A DNA stretch of 64,000 nucleotides, from contig JBLFWM010000001.1 of NCBI GenBank assembly GCA_047611265.1, positions 230,209 through 294,208 of the forward strand. The letters are read 5' to 3'. The translations under genes and the position numbers were made by a program. Of the stretch, positions 35,189 through 45,142 are shown in pieces (the first letter of the stretch is position 1; every line of letters starts with the position of its first letter). Source of the stretch: Gammaproteobacteria bacterium (GTDB lineage: Bacteria > Pseudomonadota > Gammaproteobacteria > GCA-002705445 > GCA-002716945). Below the pieces are notes generated by a model. The model was not told where the DNA came from and did not search any database. It worked only from the letters and a program-made list of their open reading frames with translations.

Positions 35189-35771
35189 AAAAGATCTTTT
35201 ATTGATAAGCTCATGGATTAAACCTAATACAAAAGTATTGGATTTAGGTTGCGGAGATGGAGAGCTTCTTAAAATTTTAAAACAAGATAAAAATATAAGT
35301 GGGTATGGTATAGACAATGACATTAAGAATATAAAATTATCTCTTAAAAATAATGTTAATGTTTTACAAATGGATTTAGACAAAGGCTTGAAAGGTTTTG
35401 AATTGGCATCATTTGATTATGTTGTATTAGCTCAATCTCTTCAGGTAATTAAAAATCCAAAAGAGTTGCTTAATCAAATGCTAAGGATAGGGAAAGAAAT
35501 TATTATTTCATTTCCAAACATGGGTCATTGGTCATCTAGGGTTCAGTTGTTAACATGTGGGGTAATGCCTGTTACAGGCAACCTTCCCTATGCATGGCAT
35601 GACACTCCTAATATTCATTTATGCACAATTAAAGATTTTTTAAAATTTTGTAAAGATAATAATTTTGAAATTCTTGAACATTCTATTACTGATAATAATC
35701 AAAAAATAAATTTATTGACAAAGATGATGCCGAATCTATTTGGGAAAATAGCTACTTTTAGAATCAAATAA
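35178..35771 (+). CDS. metW: methionine biosynthesis protein MetW
   Basis: 197 aa methyltransferase-fold protein ([12 protein letters not shown]) overlapping the metX 3' end. Confidence 0.8.
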   Translation: MAFRKDLLLISSWIKPNTKVLDLGCGDGELLKILKQDKNISGYGIDNDIKNIKLSLKNNVNVLQMDLDKGLKGFELASFDYVVLAQSLQVIKNPKELLNQMLRIGKEIIISFPNMGHWSSRVQLLTCGVMPVTGNLPYAWHDTPNIHLCTIKDFLKFCKDNNFEILEHSITDNNQKINLLTKMMPNLFGKIATFRIK

Positions 35772-36224
35772 TTATCTAAGTTTTGCTTTTATGAAATCGC
35801 TATGTTTGATATACAATAAATCTGATATTTTTCTAATAGTATAATCTTCATATTTATCTATTCTTCCGTCAGAATATGCTATATCCCATAACATTTTAAT
35901 TACATTTTTTTTCTCAGAATACGTATATTCTTTATTAATACTTGCTGTGAATTCATGAAGAGAGATAATTTCATTATTTTTTTTATCAGCCATCTTCATT
36001 AGCGTATCGATTTGATCATGATTTAATGAAAATTGTTTTTCAAGAAGATCTATTATTTTTGTTTTTTCCAAATCATCATAATCATCATCAGATTTTGAAA
36101 CTTCAATCAATAAAACACATATTGATAAAATCATTTCATCTTCAAAAGACTCAAGACTGCCTGGTTTAATATTTATTTGCTTATTTGAGGTAATATTTTT
36201 AAAAAAATCCGAAATTGCTTTCAT
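35772..36224 (-). CDS. TerB-family (tellurite-resistance TerB-like) protein
   Basis: 150 aa, all-helical and acidic, with the TerB-like pattern (…LLIEVSKSDDDYDDLEKTKI… / …MLWDIAYSDGRIDKYEDYTIRKISDLL…). Confidence 0.5.
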   Translation of the reverse strand: MKAISDFFKNITSNKQINIKPGSLESFEDEMILSICVLLIEVSKSDDDYDDLEKTKIIDLLEKQFSLNHDQIDTLMKMADKKNNEIISLHEFTASINKEYTYSEKKNVIKMLWDIAYSDGRIDKYEDYTIRKISDLLYIKHSDFIKAKLR

Positions 36225-36230
36225 GAAGTA

Positions 36231-36560
36231 TTAATTAAAATTCTGTTTAAGAGAATATGAGCCACTATTATCATATTCATTAAAAAAGACTTCTACAAAT
36301 GGATGATCGATTGGGTCAGTGTTCTCATCACTTAAAAGATTCCCTTCAGCAACGTATGTTTCATTACCTTGGCCATGTACTAGAACATGATACCAGGGTT
36401 TATTTTTAGCAGGTTTTGATTTTGCTACATTTTCATACCATTCTTCTGTACCTTGAAAGTATGGGTCAGCATCTACAATCACTCCTCTATATCTAAATTT
36501 TGAGTGAGATACTATTTGACCTAGTCTAAATTCTGCTTTTTGCTTTAACGGAGTATCCAT
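36231..36560 (-). CDS. hspQ: heat-shock protein HspQ (YccV-like hemimethylated-DNA-binding domain)
   Basis: 109 aa; FRLGQIVSHSKFRYRGVIVDADP…PWYHVLVHGQGNETYVAEGNL parallels E. coli HspQ ([23 protein letters not shown]…PWYHVVMEDDDG…TYLAEAQL). Confidence 0.85.
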   Translation of the reverse strand: MDTPLKQKAEFRLGQIVSHSKFRYRGVIVDADPYFQGTEEWYENVAKSKPAKNKPWYHVLVHGQGNETYVAEGNLLSDENTDPIDHPFVEVFFNEYDNSGSYSLKQNFN

Positions 36561-36613
36561 AACTGTATTATATGTCCTATGAGGATATATTTAAAGTATT
36601 CGATCAAAATATA

Positions 36614-38173
36614 TTAATCATATAAAAAAGTGATATTAATACGCCTATTTTCATAGGATTCTTCAAAACTAAAATCATCAGTTGCATGAAATAATTGTGA
36701 ATTAAATATTACTGCTCTATTTTCTTTATACGGAATAACCTTGCTAGTAATACTGTTATCATTAAGCATCTTCAGGATTTTTGGAGAATTGTCTAAGCTA
36801 TTATAAGAATCGAAGCTTGATTCTTTTGGAGGTAATTTATTCCATATTTTTAACCCTCCTTTGCTTTTATCCTGGTTTGCTATTTCTGGTGTAATCCAAA
36901 AATTAACATTCACTGCAGCTTGGTCAGCATGAATATTAGTTCCTTCTTTTTTACTATCATATTTAAATATCCAGGCCTGGGTTAGCCTTAGTTCTTTAAA
37001 AATATTTTTATAAGTTAAACGAAGATCTTCACTTAACTTAAGTATAAATTGATTTGAAAGTCCTTTTGATAAAAATGCTGCGACATAACCACTCTGGTAT
37101 GGGTACTTAAAAATATTAGCATTTCTACAGAAATGTTGAATATCTTTCAGGGCACTGCTACTTAAAAAGTTATCAATTACTAATATTTCAGGCTTGCCAT
37201 TTAAATACTTAGACTCTAATGAAGAAATATTATTTTCTGTATTTAAAAGATTAGTTAAATAATTTTTTGGTGCCTTATTATATAATACTTTGAAAATATC
37301 TTTTTTTACTTGAATGCTAATATCTTCTGGTTTTAAAGAATCTGTTTGTACTTTTTTATATAATTTTTTCAATGAATCATAATGTTTCTTTGTAAACTTA
37401 GGATTTCTAATTCCATCCGTATCATTATCAATATACGTTAATTGTTCAAACTCATGTTTTATAAGAGTAGATAATGACTTTGTATCAGATAGGTATTTAT
37501 TAATATTATTATCTAAATAAGAATTATTGGAATGATTTATTTTTAATACTGTTTTAAATAACTTATCTGCTTCAGCAATATTCCCTAACCATAGATAACT
37601 CATGCCTAGCATTAGATATGCATCAGCATAATCTGCGTCTCTTTCTATCGCTTGCAAAAACCAATACTGAGATTTCTTTAAATGTTCAATATTCCTATCA
37701 TCTTGAAACATATACTGATATACCTCTCCCATTCTTTGGGGAGCTTCAGCAAATGAAATATTAACATTAGAAGCAATCTCAAGGTATTCTAGGGCATTCA
37801 AATACTTGGAATTATCTATATATAAATTGGCACAATTAAAAAATGCTTTATAATTCTTATCGTCTATAAATATAGCTTTGTTAAAATATTTTTCTGATTC
37901 AGCTTGATTTTCTAAATTTTTATAAGCTATTCCCAAATTATTATTTACTTCATAGTTCTCAGGGTTTGTTTTGATTGCTTTTAAAAAATAAGGAATTGCT
38001 TGGTCATGTTTAAGTTTTTGAGAAAGAATACATCCGTGGAGATGGTTAGCTTGAAAATTAGTATCATCATTTTCTATTACCATCAAATAAATAGCATCAG
38101 CTTCTTCAAATTTTTTTTGATGATGAAGAGTAAGAGCTCTATTTAATAGTTGGTCTGTATTTATTTGATTCAT
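36614..38173 (-). CDS. TPR-repeat protein with a C-terminal 2OG-Fe(II) oxygenase-like domain (start corrected)
   Basis: The supplied ORF (to 38338) reads through the tRNA-Phe gene; its residues AQVAQSVEQRTENPRVGSSILSLG are a tRNA translated in frame. The first plausible start is ATG 38171-38173 (MNQINTDQLL…). The N-terminal half is TPR/Sel1-like. The C-terminus has a dioxygenase-like facial triad NIHADQ (HxD) … SQLFHATDD (distal His) … RRINITF (basic residue). Confidence 0.65.
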   Translation of the reverse strand: MNQINTDQLLNRALTLHHQKKFEEADAIYLMVIENDDTNFQANHLHGCILSQKLKHDQAIPYFLKAIKTNPENYEVNNNLGIAYKNLENQAESEKYFNKAIFIDDKNYKAFFNCANLYIDNSKYLNALEYLEIASNVNISFAEAPQRMGEVYQYMFQDDRNIEHLKKSQYWFLQAIERDADYADAYLMLGMSYLWLGNIAEADKLFKTVLKINHSNNSYLDNNINKYLSDTKSLSTLIKHEFEQLTYIDNDTDGIRNPKFTKKHYDSLKKLYKKVQTDSLKPEDISIQVKKDIFKVLYNKAPKNYLTNLLNTENNISSLESKYLNGKPEILVIDNFLSSSALKDIQHFCRNANIFKYPYQSGYVAAFLSKGLSNQFILKLSEDLRLTYKNIFKELRLTQAWIFKYDSKKEGTNIHADQAAVNVNFWITPEIANQDKSKGGLKIWNKLPPKESSFDSYNSLDNSPKILKMLNDNSITSKVIPYKENRAVIFNSQLFHATDDFSFEESYENRRINITFLYD

Positions 38174-38181
38174 ATATTTTA

Positions 38182-38254
<73 letters not shown>

Positions 38255-38261
38255 TTCAATA

Positions 38262-38531
38262 TTATTTTTTTTCTGGCACAAACCCCTCGGGTGCATCAGA
38301 ACCGTCACCAAAAAGAAATTTATCCATCTCTTCTTCAAGAAACTTTCTAGATTTTGGATCCACTGGCGTTAATCTCATTTCATTAATTAACATTGTTTGA
38401 TGAGCCATCCACATCTGCCAAGCTTCAGCAGAGATATTTTCCATTATTTTAATACCAATATCACCTGGATATGGCTGATAATCTAATGCCTCAGATTCTT
38501 TCTTTAATTTAACACAATTAATTATAGTCAT
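38262..38531 (-). CDS. yggX: Fe(2+)-trafficking / oxidative-damage protection protein YggX
   Basis: MTIINCVKLKKESEALDYQPYPGDIGIKIMENISAEAWQMWMAHQTMLINE aligns with E. coli YggX ([52 protein letters not shown]). The true ATG is at 38529-38531 (AAGAG RBS). The supplied ORF has a 28-codon spurious extension. Conserved mutY-yggX pair. Confidence 0.85.
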   Translation of the reverse strand: MTIINCVKLKKESEALDYQPYPGDIGIKIMENISAEAWQMWMAHQTMLINEMRLTPVDPKSRKFLEEEMDKFLFGDGSDAPEGFVPEKK

Positions 38532-39588
38532 ATATGCTCTTATATTGATTAAATATTTTATCTTGATACTTGGGTATTCCAAAATCAATGTCTGATAGAT
38601 TATACCAATTATCATCAGATAGGCTAACCTTTTTATGGTATTTGATATTACATAATATTGTATTAAAGGTAAATTTGATATGAGACAGCTTGTGTGTAAA
38701 CTTCCAGATATTAGATTCTACATATTCTTCTATCTTATGAGATTCAGTCCAGCTCATCAAATCTAACTGATTATGGAAAACTGGTGAAGAATAAAGGCCT
38801 TTCCACAAATTATCATAAGATATTTTTTCAAGATAAAATTGCCCTTTATTATTTATAATTACTAATGACCATATGTTTTTCTCTGTAATTTTAGTTTTTT
38901 TAGGCTTGTTGAGAATGCTGGAAGCTTCATATGGGTATGAGTTACATTGCTTCTTAACTGGGCACTCATTGCATAATGGTTTAGATTTCTTACATATTAA
39001 TGAACCAATATCCATATATGCCTGAATAAAATCTGAAGGCCTAGTGTCTGACAATAAATATTGAGATAGTTCCCAAAAATTATTTAGCTCAGAATTATGC
39101 ATTTCTACAGATAAAAATCTTGATAAAAACCGTTTTACATTCCCATCTAAAATTGAGTAACAACCATTGCCACTAAAAGTAATAATAGCAGATGCAGTTG
39201 TCCTCCCAATTCCAGGTAAGCTTAATACATCATTATAACTTTTTGGAAATTCTCCATTAAATTCCTGTTTTATTATTATTAATGTTTTATATATATTTTC
39301 TGCTCTTCTATAAAAACCCAGTCCACTCCATATTCTCATAATATCATCAAGGCTTGCTTTGAATAAAGACTCAAGATTTGGGTATTTATCAACGAATACT
39401 TTATAGTATGGGATTACTGACTGTACTTGTGTCTGCTGAAGCATGACCTCAGATATCCAAATTTTATATATATCTTTTCCTTTCCAGGGAAGGTCATCTC
39501 GTCCATTTATGTCATACCAATCTAAGATATTTTTTCTAATTAAAGATCTCTTTTTAGAAGGGTAACTTAATTTTATCTCGAAGCTCAT
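38518..39588 (-). CDS. mutY: adenine DNA glycosylase MutY
   Basis: NILDWYDINGRDDLPWKGKDIYKIWISEVMLQQTQV matches the E. coli MutY N-terminus. HhH-GPD motif and a C-terminal 4Fe-4S Cys cluster (CKKSKPLCNECPVKKQC) are present. Confidence 0.85.
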   Translation of the reverse strand: MSFEIKLSYPSKKRSLIRKNILDWYDINGRDDLPWKGKDIYKIWISEVMLQQTQVQSVIPYYKVFVDKYPNLESLFKASLDDIMRIWSGLGFYRRAENIYKTLIIIKQEFNGEFPKSYNDVLSLPGIGRTTASAIITFSGNGCYSILDGNVKRFLSRFLSVEMHNSELNNFWELSQYLLSDTRPSDFIQAYMDIGSLICKKSKPLCNECPVKKQCNSYPYEASSILNKPKKTKITEKNIWSLVIINNKGQFYLEKISYDNLWKGLYSSPVFHNQLDLMSWTESHKIEEYVESNIWKFTHKLSHIKFTFNTILCNIKYHKKVSLSDDNWYNLSDIDFGIPKYQDKIFNQYKSIYDYN

Positions 39589-40363
39589 TTATCACTTTAT
39601 CTTGTATTTTATCTATTATTTTTTTCTTGATTGGCTCAATCTTTTTTATAATTATATGCCTTAAATCAATAGATATCGAAAGATCATTTAATTTTCCAGA
39701 AATCATTATTGGTAACTCTTCATCAATTAACTCTATGGGGTAGCTATCTTGATACAAGCTTATTATGTTTTCATATGCTTTAATTTTTCCAATAAAATTA
39801 AATTCTACTTCTTTTGTAATTAAATTTATAGATCCATTTCCTTTAGCTTCCATCATTTCAGTTTCTATATAAATATTACTTACCCTCATATTGTTGTCAA
39901 TTATCTTGGCTTTTGCAGACATATTTTTAATATTAGTTATCTTTTTATCAGAACCAGTGAACAATGAAAACTTTAACAATGAATACGTTTTTATTAAAAC
40001 ATCATCAGCATTAATACCATAATATTTCAATTCATATGCTCTTACATTATTCACATCAATAATATTATTCATCAATTGTTTTAATGATAAAGAGAGATCA
40101 ATTGATGAAACCTCTATCATTATATCTTTTGAGTCAGATGACATATTAAGAATTTTTATATTCGGCATTAGAACTCTGATATTAGGGTAGTATGATACTT
40201 CTATATCACCATTATATCTAAAGTCATATTTTGTTTTCGATGAGATATAGCTGGTAATTTCATCTTTATAATTATTAGGATTGAATATAAAAAAAAGATA
40301 TAAAAAAACTAGTAGTAATAATGTAATTAATACATATAGAGAGTTAAGTAATATTTTTTTCAT
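39554..40363 (-). CDS. AsmA-like outer-membrane biogenesis family protein (short form)
   Basis: 269 aa with an N-terminal TM anchor and AsmA-N-like sequence (…NPNNYKDEITSYISSKTKYDFRYNGDIEVSYYPNIRV…). Much shorter than E. coli AsmA. Assignment is by family resemblance only. Confidence 0.4.
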   Translation of the reverse strand: MKKILLNSLYVLITLLLLVFLYLFFIFNPNNYKDEITSYISSKTKYDFRYNGDIEVSYYPNIRVLMPNIKILNMSSDSKDIMIEVSSIDLSLSLKQLMNNIIDVNNVRAYELKYYGINADDVLIKTYSLLKFSLFTGSDKKITNIKNMSAKAKIIDNNMRVSNIYIETEMMEAKGNGSINLITKEVEFNFIGKIKAYENIISLYQDSYPIELIDEELPIMISGKLNDLSISIDLRHIIIKKIEPIKKKIIDKIQDKVINELRDKIKLPF

Positions 40364-40830
40364 TACTTAGCCTCGTATGATCCTGATTTTCCACCTTCTT
40401 TCAAAACTAATTTAATCTCAGATATTATCATTGATTTATCTATGTACTTACACATATCATAAATGGTTAACAAAGATATTTGTGTGGCACACAATGCTTC
40501 TATCTCTACGCCTGTTTTACCATCACAAGTAATCTCAGAAATGCACTCAACTCTATCCTCTTTAACTTTAAAACTTATATTTACACTTATAATATTTAAT
40601 TGATGAGTCAAAGGTATCAACATAGAAGTATTTTTAGCAGCCTGTATACCAGCAATCTGAGCTACTGTTAATACGTCCCCTTTTTTATTACCACCTTTAA
40701 TTGACTCTAAAGCTGCCTCACTTAAGCTAATATAACCTGAGGCTATCGCCTTACGATGGGTTATAGCTTTATCACTAATATCTACCATCTGAATATTGCC
40801 ATCGCTGTCTATATGGTTATTTTTCTTCAT
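40363..40830 (-). CDS. moaC: cyclic pyranopterin monophosphate synthase MoaC
   Basis: 155 aa; MVDISDK…, GDVLTVAQIAGIQAAKNTSMLIPLTH typical of MoaC. Confidence 0.9.
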   Translation of the reverse strand: MKKNNHIDSDGNIQMVDISDKAITHRKAIASGYISLSEAALESIKGGNKKGDVLTVAQIAGIQAAKNTSMLIPLTHQLNIISVNISFKVKEDRVECISEITCDGKTGVEIEALCATQISLLTIYDMCKYIDKSMIISEIKLVLKEGGKSGSYEAK

Positions 40831-40898
40831 ATCTTTATTGTTTGATTTTTATTATAATTTTACAGTATATAATGCAATTATAAACTTATAAAATCTAT

Positions 40899-41486
40899 AT
40901 GAAAATTATCCTAGCTTCAAAAAATCAAGATAAAATTAAAGAAATAAAGAAAATACTAAATGGAACAAGCGTTCTGCTTAAAACCTGCAATGATATTGAA
41001 ATACCAGAAGTAGAAGAAACTGGGTCTACTTTTGTTGAAAATGCAATACTGAAAGCTAGAAGCGCCTCTATGATTACTGGTTTAGCATCAATAGCAGATG
41101 ATTCTGGTATTGAGATTGAATACTTAAAAGGTAGACCAGGAATAAAGTCTGCTAGATATTCAGGTGAAAATGCTACAAATGAAATGAATAATATAAAACT
41201 TTTGAGTGAACTAAAAAATGTCCCTTATGAAAAAAGAAAAGCATGTTATAGATGTGTTATGGTTTACATGAGATTTCCAGATGATCCATTTCCAATTATC
41301 ACTTCTGGGTCATGGAGTGGCTACATAGCAGAAAAGCCTATTGGAGAAAATGGTTTTGGATATGATCCTTTGTTTTTCTTGCCAGAATATAATAAAACTT
41401 CTGCACAAATTACTTCGGAAGAAAAAAATAAAATTAGCCATAGAGCAAAAGCACTAAATGAATTACAAAAATATTTTCATAAATAA
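40899..41486 (+). CDS. rdgB: dITP/XTP pyrophosphatase (Ham1/RdgB)
   Basis: 195 aa; MKIILASKNQDKIKE…, SGIEIEYLKGRPGIKSARY, and a C-terminal SHRAKAL motif. Confidence 0.85.
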   Translation: MKIILASKNQDKIKEIKKILNGTSVLLKTCNDIEIPEVEETGSTFVENAILKARSASMITGLASIADDSGIEIEYLKGRPGIKSARYSGENATNEMNNIKLLSELKNVPYEKRKACYRCVMVYMRFPDDPFPIITSGSWSGYIAEKPIGENGFGYDPLFFLPEYNKTSAQITSEEKNKISHRAKALNELQKYFHK

Positions 41487-42981
41487 GATAACTAGAATAG
41501 ATATATTAGTGAAATATTCTTCATTAATGATATTGCTTATAATTAGTAGTTGCGCAACTAATCCTGTTTCAGGGATTCCAGATTTCGTTACCATAACTGA
41601 ACAACAAGAAATATCTATTGGTGCCTCGTATCATAAAAAGATTTTAGAAGAAAACGATATACTTCAAAATAAAGAACTAAATGATTATTTTCAAAAATTA
41701 GGGAAGTCAATTTCAAAAAAAAGTCATCGGCCTGATTTGAAATGGCATTTTACTCTCATTGATGACCCAACCTTTAATGCATTTGCTACCCCAGGCGGTT
41801 ATGTATATATGTATAGAGGAATGTTGAATTACTTTAATTCAGAAGCTGAATTTGCAGGTGTAATTGGCCATGAAATTGGACATATAACTGCCCGACATGC
41901 GGTTAGAGGAATGAGTACTGCTCAAGTAACAGGTTTATTATTATCAATAATTCAATCAAATGTACCAGGTGGACAACTAACAGGCAATGCATTCAATTTG
42001 GTAAATGTAATTATAAATAGAGGATATGGTAGAAAATTTGAATTAGAAGCTGACCAATTAGGTGAAGAATATCTTGAGAAATCAGATTATAACCCTTCTG
42101 CAATGACAGCTTTTTTGAAAACACTAAAAAATTCAGATGACCTTGAGAAAAAAATTGCCAAAGAAGAGGAACGGGAAGCTAATATTGGATATCATGGGGT
42201 TTTTTCGACACACCCTGAACATGAAAAAAGAATAAACGCCCTAGGCAAGCTAAAAAACATAGATTCAAAAAATAAAAATAATAAAGAAAAATTTTTAAAA
42301 CTTTTGGATGGGTCAGTATATGGTTCTAGTCCTGAAGAAGGTTACGTTAAAAACTCTATTTTTTATCATCCAATATTAGCTATTAAATTTAATATTAACG
42401 ATGATTGGGTTTTTAAAAATGAACCTAATCAATTAATCCTTACAAAAGATAAAGATATCATGACAATTATTATGGATGAATTACTCCTTGATGATCTAGA
42501 AAATGGCCTTACTCCGGAACAATATTTGAAAGAAGGCATAAAAAAGACATCATTTTTGACTACAAATAAATTATTGAGCTCCGAGAACTTCTCCTTTAAT
42601 AATCTTAGTGGTCACACATACTTATATCATTCTGAAAGCATAGCCAGCTCTTCTTATTCAAGATTTACGGTTATATTTGATACTAATAATAGCGAAACTA
42701 AACCAAAGGTATGGATTATAAGAAGTAATCTATCTGACCTAACTAATGATGAAAAATCTAAAGATATGATTAAAACGTTCTCTAAAATGACTGAGAGCGA
42801 AGTGAAAAATTCTAAAGGGCTAAGAATCAAGGTAATTAGAGTCAGAGAAGGGATGACATACCAGGGATTAGCAAAGTCATCGCCACTTGGAAAATATTCA
42901 ATAGATAAACTCAGGCTATTGAACGGCCACTATCCAGATAGTAATCTGAAAGTTGGAGATTTAATTAAAATTGTTCAATAA
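41458..42981 (+). CDS. M48-family zinc metallopeptidase lipoprotein with a C-terminal LysM domain
   Basis: HEIGH zinc motif (GVIGHEIGHITARH), lipobox LLIISSC near the N-terminus (true start uncertain; probably downstream of 41458). The C-terminal LysM-like segment ends …NLKVGDLIKIVQ. Confidence 0.7.
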   Translation: MNYKNIFINKITRIDILVKYSSLMILLIISSCATNPVSGIPDFVTITEQQEISIGASYHKKILEENDILQNKELNDYFQKLGKSISKKSHRPDLKWHFTLIDDPTFNAFATPGGYVYMYRGMLNYFNSEAEFAGVIGHEIGHITARHAVRGMSTAQVTGLLLSIIQSNVPGGQLTGNAFNLVNVIINRGYGRKFELEADQLGEEYLEKSDYNPSAMTAFLKTLKNSDDLEKKIAKEEEREANIGYHGVFSTHPEHEKRINALGKLKNIDSKNKNNKEKFLKLLDGSVYGSSPEEGYVKNSIFYHPILAIKFNINDDWVFKNEPNQLILTKDKDIMTIIMDELLLDDLENGLTPEQYLKEGIKKTSFLTTNKLLSSENFSFNNLSGHTYLYHSESIASSSYSRFTVIFDTNNSETKPKVWIIRSNLSDLTNDEKSKDMIKTFSKMTESEVKNSKGLRIKVIRVREGMTYQGLAKSSPLGKYSIDKLRLLNGHYPDSNLKVGDLIKIVQ

Positions 42982-43882
42982 AAAGTTTCTTAATAATGTA
43001 TTTTTAGTAGACTCTACTGGGTTTGTTCTCAAATATTGGTTTGTCGTCCCTCCGGTTAAAACTGAAAATTATGAATCAATAGCAGCATTCCTTGGGTTCA
43101 TAGGATTTGTTATTCGATTACTACATGATTATCAGCCCAAATATATTTCTTTTGCATTTGATGAAAGTCTTGGCTCATGTTTTAGAAATAAAATATATTC
43201 TGATTATAAGAAGACAAGGGAAAAAGCTCCAGACGAATTAAAAGCACAATTTAAATTATGTCGAGAATTTTTAACTTTAATGGGTTTAGATAATAATGCG
43301 AGCAAAACTCATGAGGCAGATGATATTCTTTATACAATTGCTAAAAATACAAAGCAGTTAAAACTTAATAATATAGTATTAACTAATGATAAGGATTTAT
43401 ATCAACTAATACATAAAGATGATGTTTGGTGGAATTATGGCGATAAAAGGTTTACATATGAAGAACTAATAAAAAAATTAAATTTTAGTCCTCAAGATTT
43501 ATCAGATTACCTTGGTCTTATGGGTGATTCTGCAGATAATATTCCAGGTGCACCTGGCTTAGGTGAAAAGACTGCGTCAGCTTTAATGGGAGAATATAAA
43601 ACTTTAGATAATATTATTAATAATTTAGAAACAATCCCTGCAAAGATAGGGTCAAAATATAATAGATTTATCAAAATAATTGAAGAAAATAAAAAAATTA
43701 TTTATCTTTCTAAAAAGTTAGCTACACTTGACTATATTGATGATATGAAGAAGAATTTTAAGGACTTAGAGAGAAGCATGATAGATATAAACAAAATTGA
43801 TAGTTTTTTTAAAGAAACAGGTATGAGGGAAAGTCAAAAAGATTCATGGATAAAAGATATTCAAAAACTGGTAGTGACTTAA
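42971..43882 (+). CDS. xni: 5'-3' exonuclease / flap endonuclease Xni (ExoIX-like, Pol I N-terminal domain paralogue)
   Basis: THEADDILYTIAKN, DKDLYQL and GAPGLGEKTASALMGEYKTLDNI align with E. coli Xni ([42 protein letters not shown]). Confidence 0.75.
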   Translation: MFNKKFLNNVFLVDSTGFVLKYWFVVPPVKTENYESIAAFLGFIGFVIRLLHDYQPKYISFAFDESLGSCFRNKIYSDYKKTREKAPDELKAQFKLCREFLTLMGLDNNASKTHEADDILYTIAKNTKQLKLNNIVLTNDKDLYQLIHKDDVWWNYGDKRFTYEELIKKLNFSPQDLSDYLGLMGDSADNIPGAPGLGEKTASALMGEYKTLDNIINNLETIPAKIGSKYNRFIKIIEENKKIIYLSKKLATLDYIDDMKKNFKDLERSMIDINKIDSFFKETGMRESQKDSWIKDIQKLVVT

Positions 43883-43884
43883 AA

Positions 43885-45138
43885 ATGAAAAAAAATATTT
43901 TTTATGCTCAATCCGGAGGAGTTACCCCAGTAATTAATGCTACGGCAGCTGGGTTAATAGATGCTCTATCAAAAAATAAATCTTTTTTTGGAAAATTATT
44001 GGTTGGTAAAAATGGAATTGCTGGAGCACTTAACGAAGAACTAATAGATATAAGTAAAGAAAGTAAGAGTGAATTAAAAAAATTAATACATACTCCGGGA
44101 GGAGCTTTTGGGTCTTGTAGAATAAAACTAAAAGATCCAGTGAAAAACAAGAAAGAATTCCAGAGGATCCTTGATGTCTTTAAAGCTCATAATATAGGTT
44201 ACTTTTTTTATAATGGAGGTGGTGACTCACAAGACACTACATTAAAGATATCAAATTACTGCAAGGCAAATAACTATAATATAAATTGTATTGGGTTACC
44301 GAAAACAATAGATAATGATTTGCCTGTAACAGATAACTGCCCAGGGTTTGGTTCTGTTGCTAAATATATTGCCGTTTCTACATACGAGGCTTCCTTGGAT
44401 GTGGCATCCATGGCTAACTCATCAACCAAAGTATTTATACTAGAAGTTATGGGTAGACATGCAGGGTGGTTGGCTGCATCAGCTGGTGTAATAAAAAATG
44501 GGGCAAATACCCCGCCACATATAATACTATTCCCAGAAGTAATATTTAACCAAAAAAAATTCTTAACAACAGTTAAGAGTACCGTTGAAAATCATGGTTA
44601 TTGCGTGATAGTTGCTTCCGAAGGAATTAAAGATAATAAGAATAATTTTATAGCTGCAAGTGATAGTAAGGATAGTTTTGGTCATGCACATCTTGGTGGT
44701 GTTGCCCCTAAACTAGCCGAGATGATTACTAATAAATTAAAACATAAGGTTCATTGGGCGGTTTCAGATTATTTACAAAGAGCAGCAAGACATGTTGCTT
44801 CAGACGTTGATGTTAAGCAAGCATATGCTATTGGTTACAAAGCTCTAAGTTTTGCTAAATCTCAAATAAATGGAGTGATGCTTACAATTAATAAGAAAAA
44901 TACATCAACATATCAATGGAATATTGGTATTACAAAATTATCAGATGTAGCTAATGTTGAAAAAATACTGCCAAAATCATTCATTACTAAAGATGGATTT
45001 GGTATTACTTCAAAATGTAAAAAATATATTGGAAATTTAATTAAAGGAGAAAATTATCCTCCATATAAAAATGGTTTACCCGACTATGCCAAATTAAAAC
45101 ATCCATTGGTAAAGAAAAAACTTAAAAAGTTTAGCTGA
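43885..45138 (+). CDS. pfp: pyrophosphate-dependent 6-phosphofructokinase (PPi-PFK), short bacterial type
   Basis: MKKNIFYAQSGGVTPVINATAAGLIDA (PFK N-terminal G-loop). GGDGS-equivalent NGGGDSQDT. The ATG at 43885 lies 2 nt after the xni stop; the supplied ORF start at 43846 is probably an artefact. Confidence 0.8.
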   Translation: MKKNIFYAQSGGVTPVINATAAGLIDALSKNKSFFGKLLVGKNGIAGALNEELIDISKESKSELKKLIHTPGGAFGSCRIKLKDPVKNKKEFQRILDVFKAHNIGYFFYNGGGDSQDTTLKISNYCKANNYNINCIGLPKTIDNDLPVTDNCPGFGSVAKYIAVSTYEASLDVASMANSSTKVFILEVMGRHAGWLAASAGVIKNGANTPPHIILFPEVIFNQKKFLTTVKSTVENHGYCVIVASEGIKDNKNNFIAASDSKDSFGHAHLGGVAPKLAEMITNKLKHKVHWAVSDYLQRAARHVASDVDVKQAYAIGYKALSFAKSQINGVMLTINKKNTSTYQWNIGITKLSDVANVEKILPKSFITKDGFGITSKCKKYIGNLIKGENYPPYKNGLPDYAKLKHPLVKKKLKKFS

Positions 45139-45142
45139 AAAT

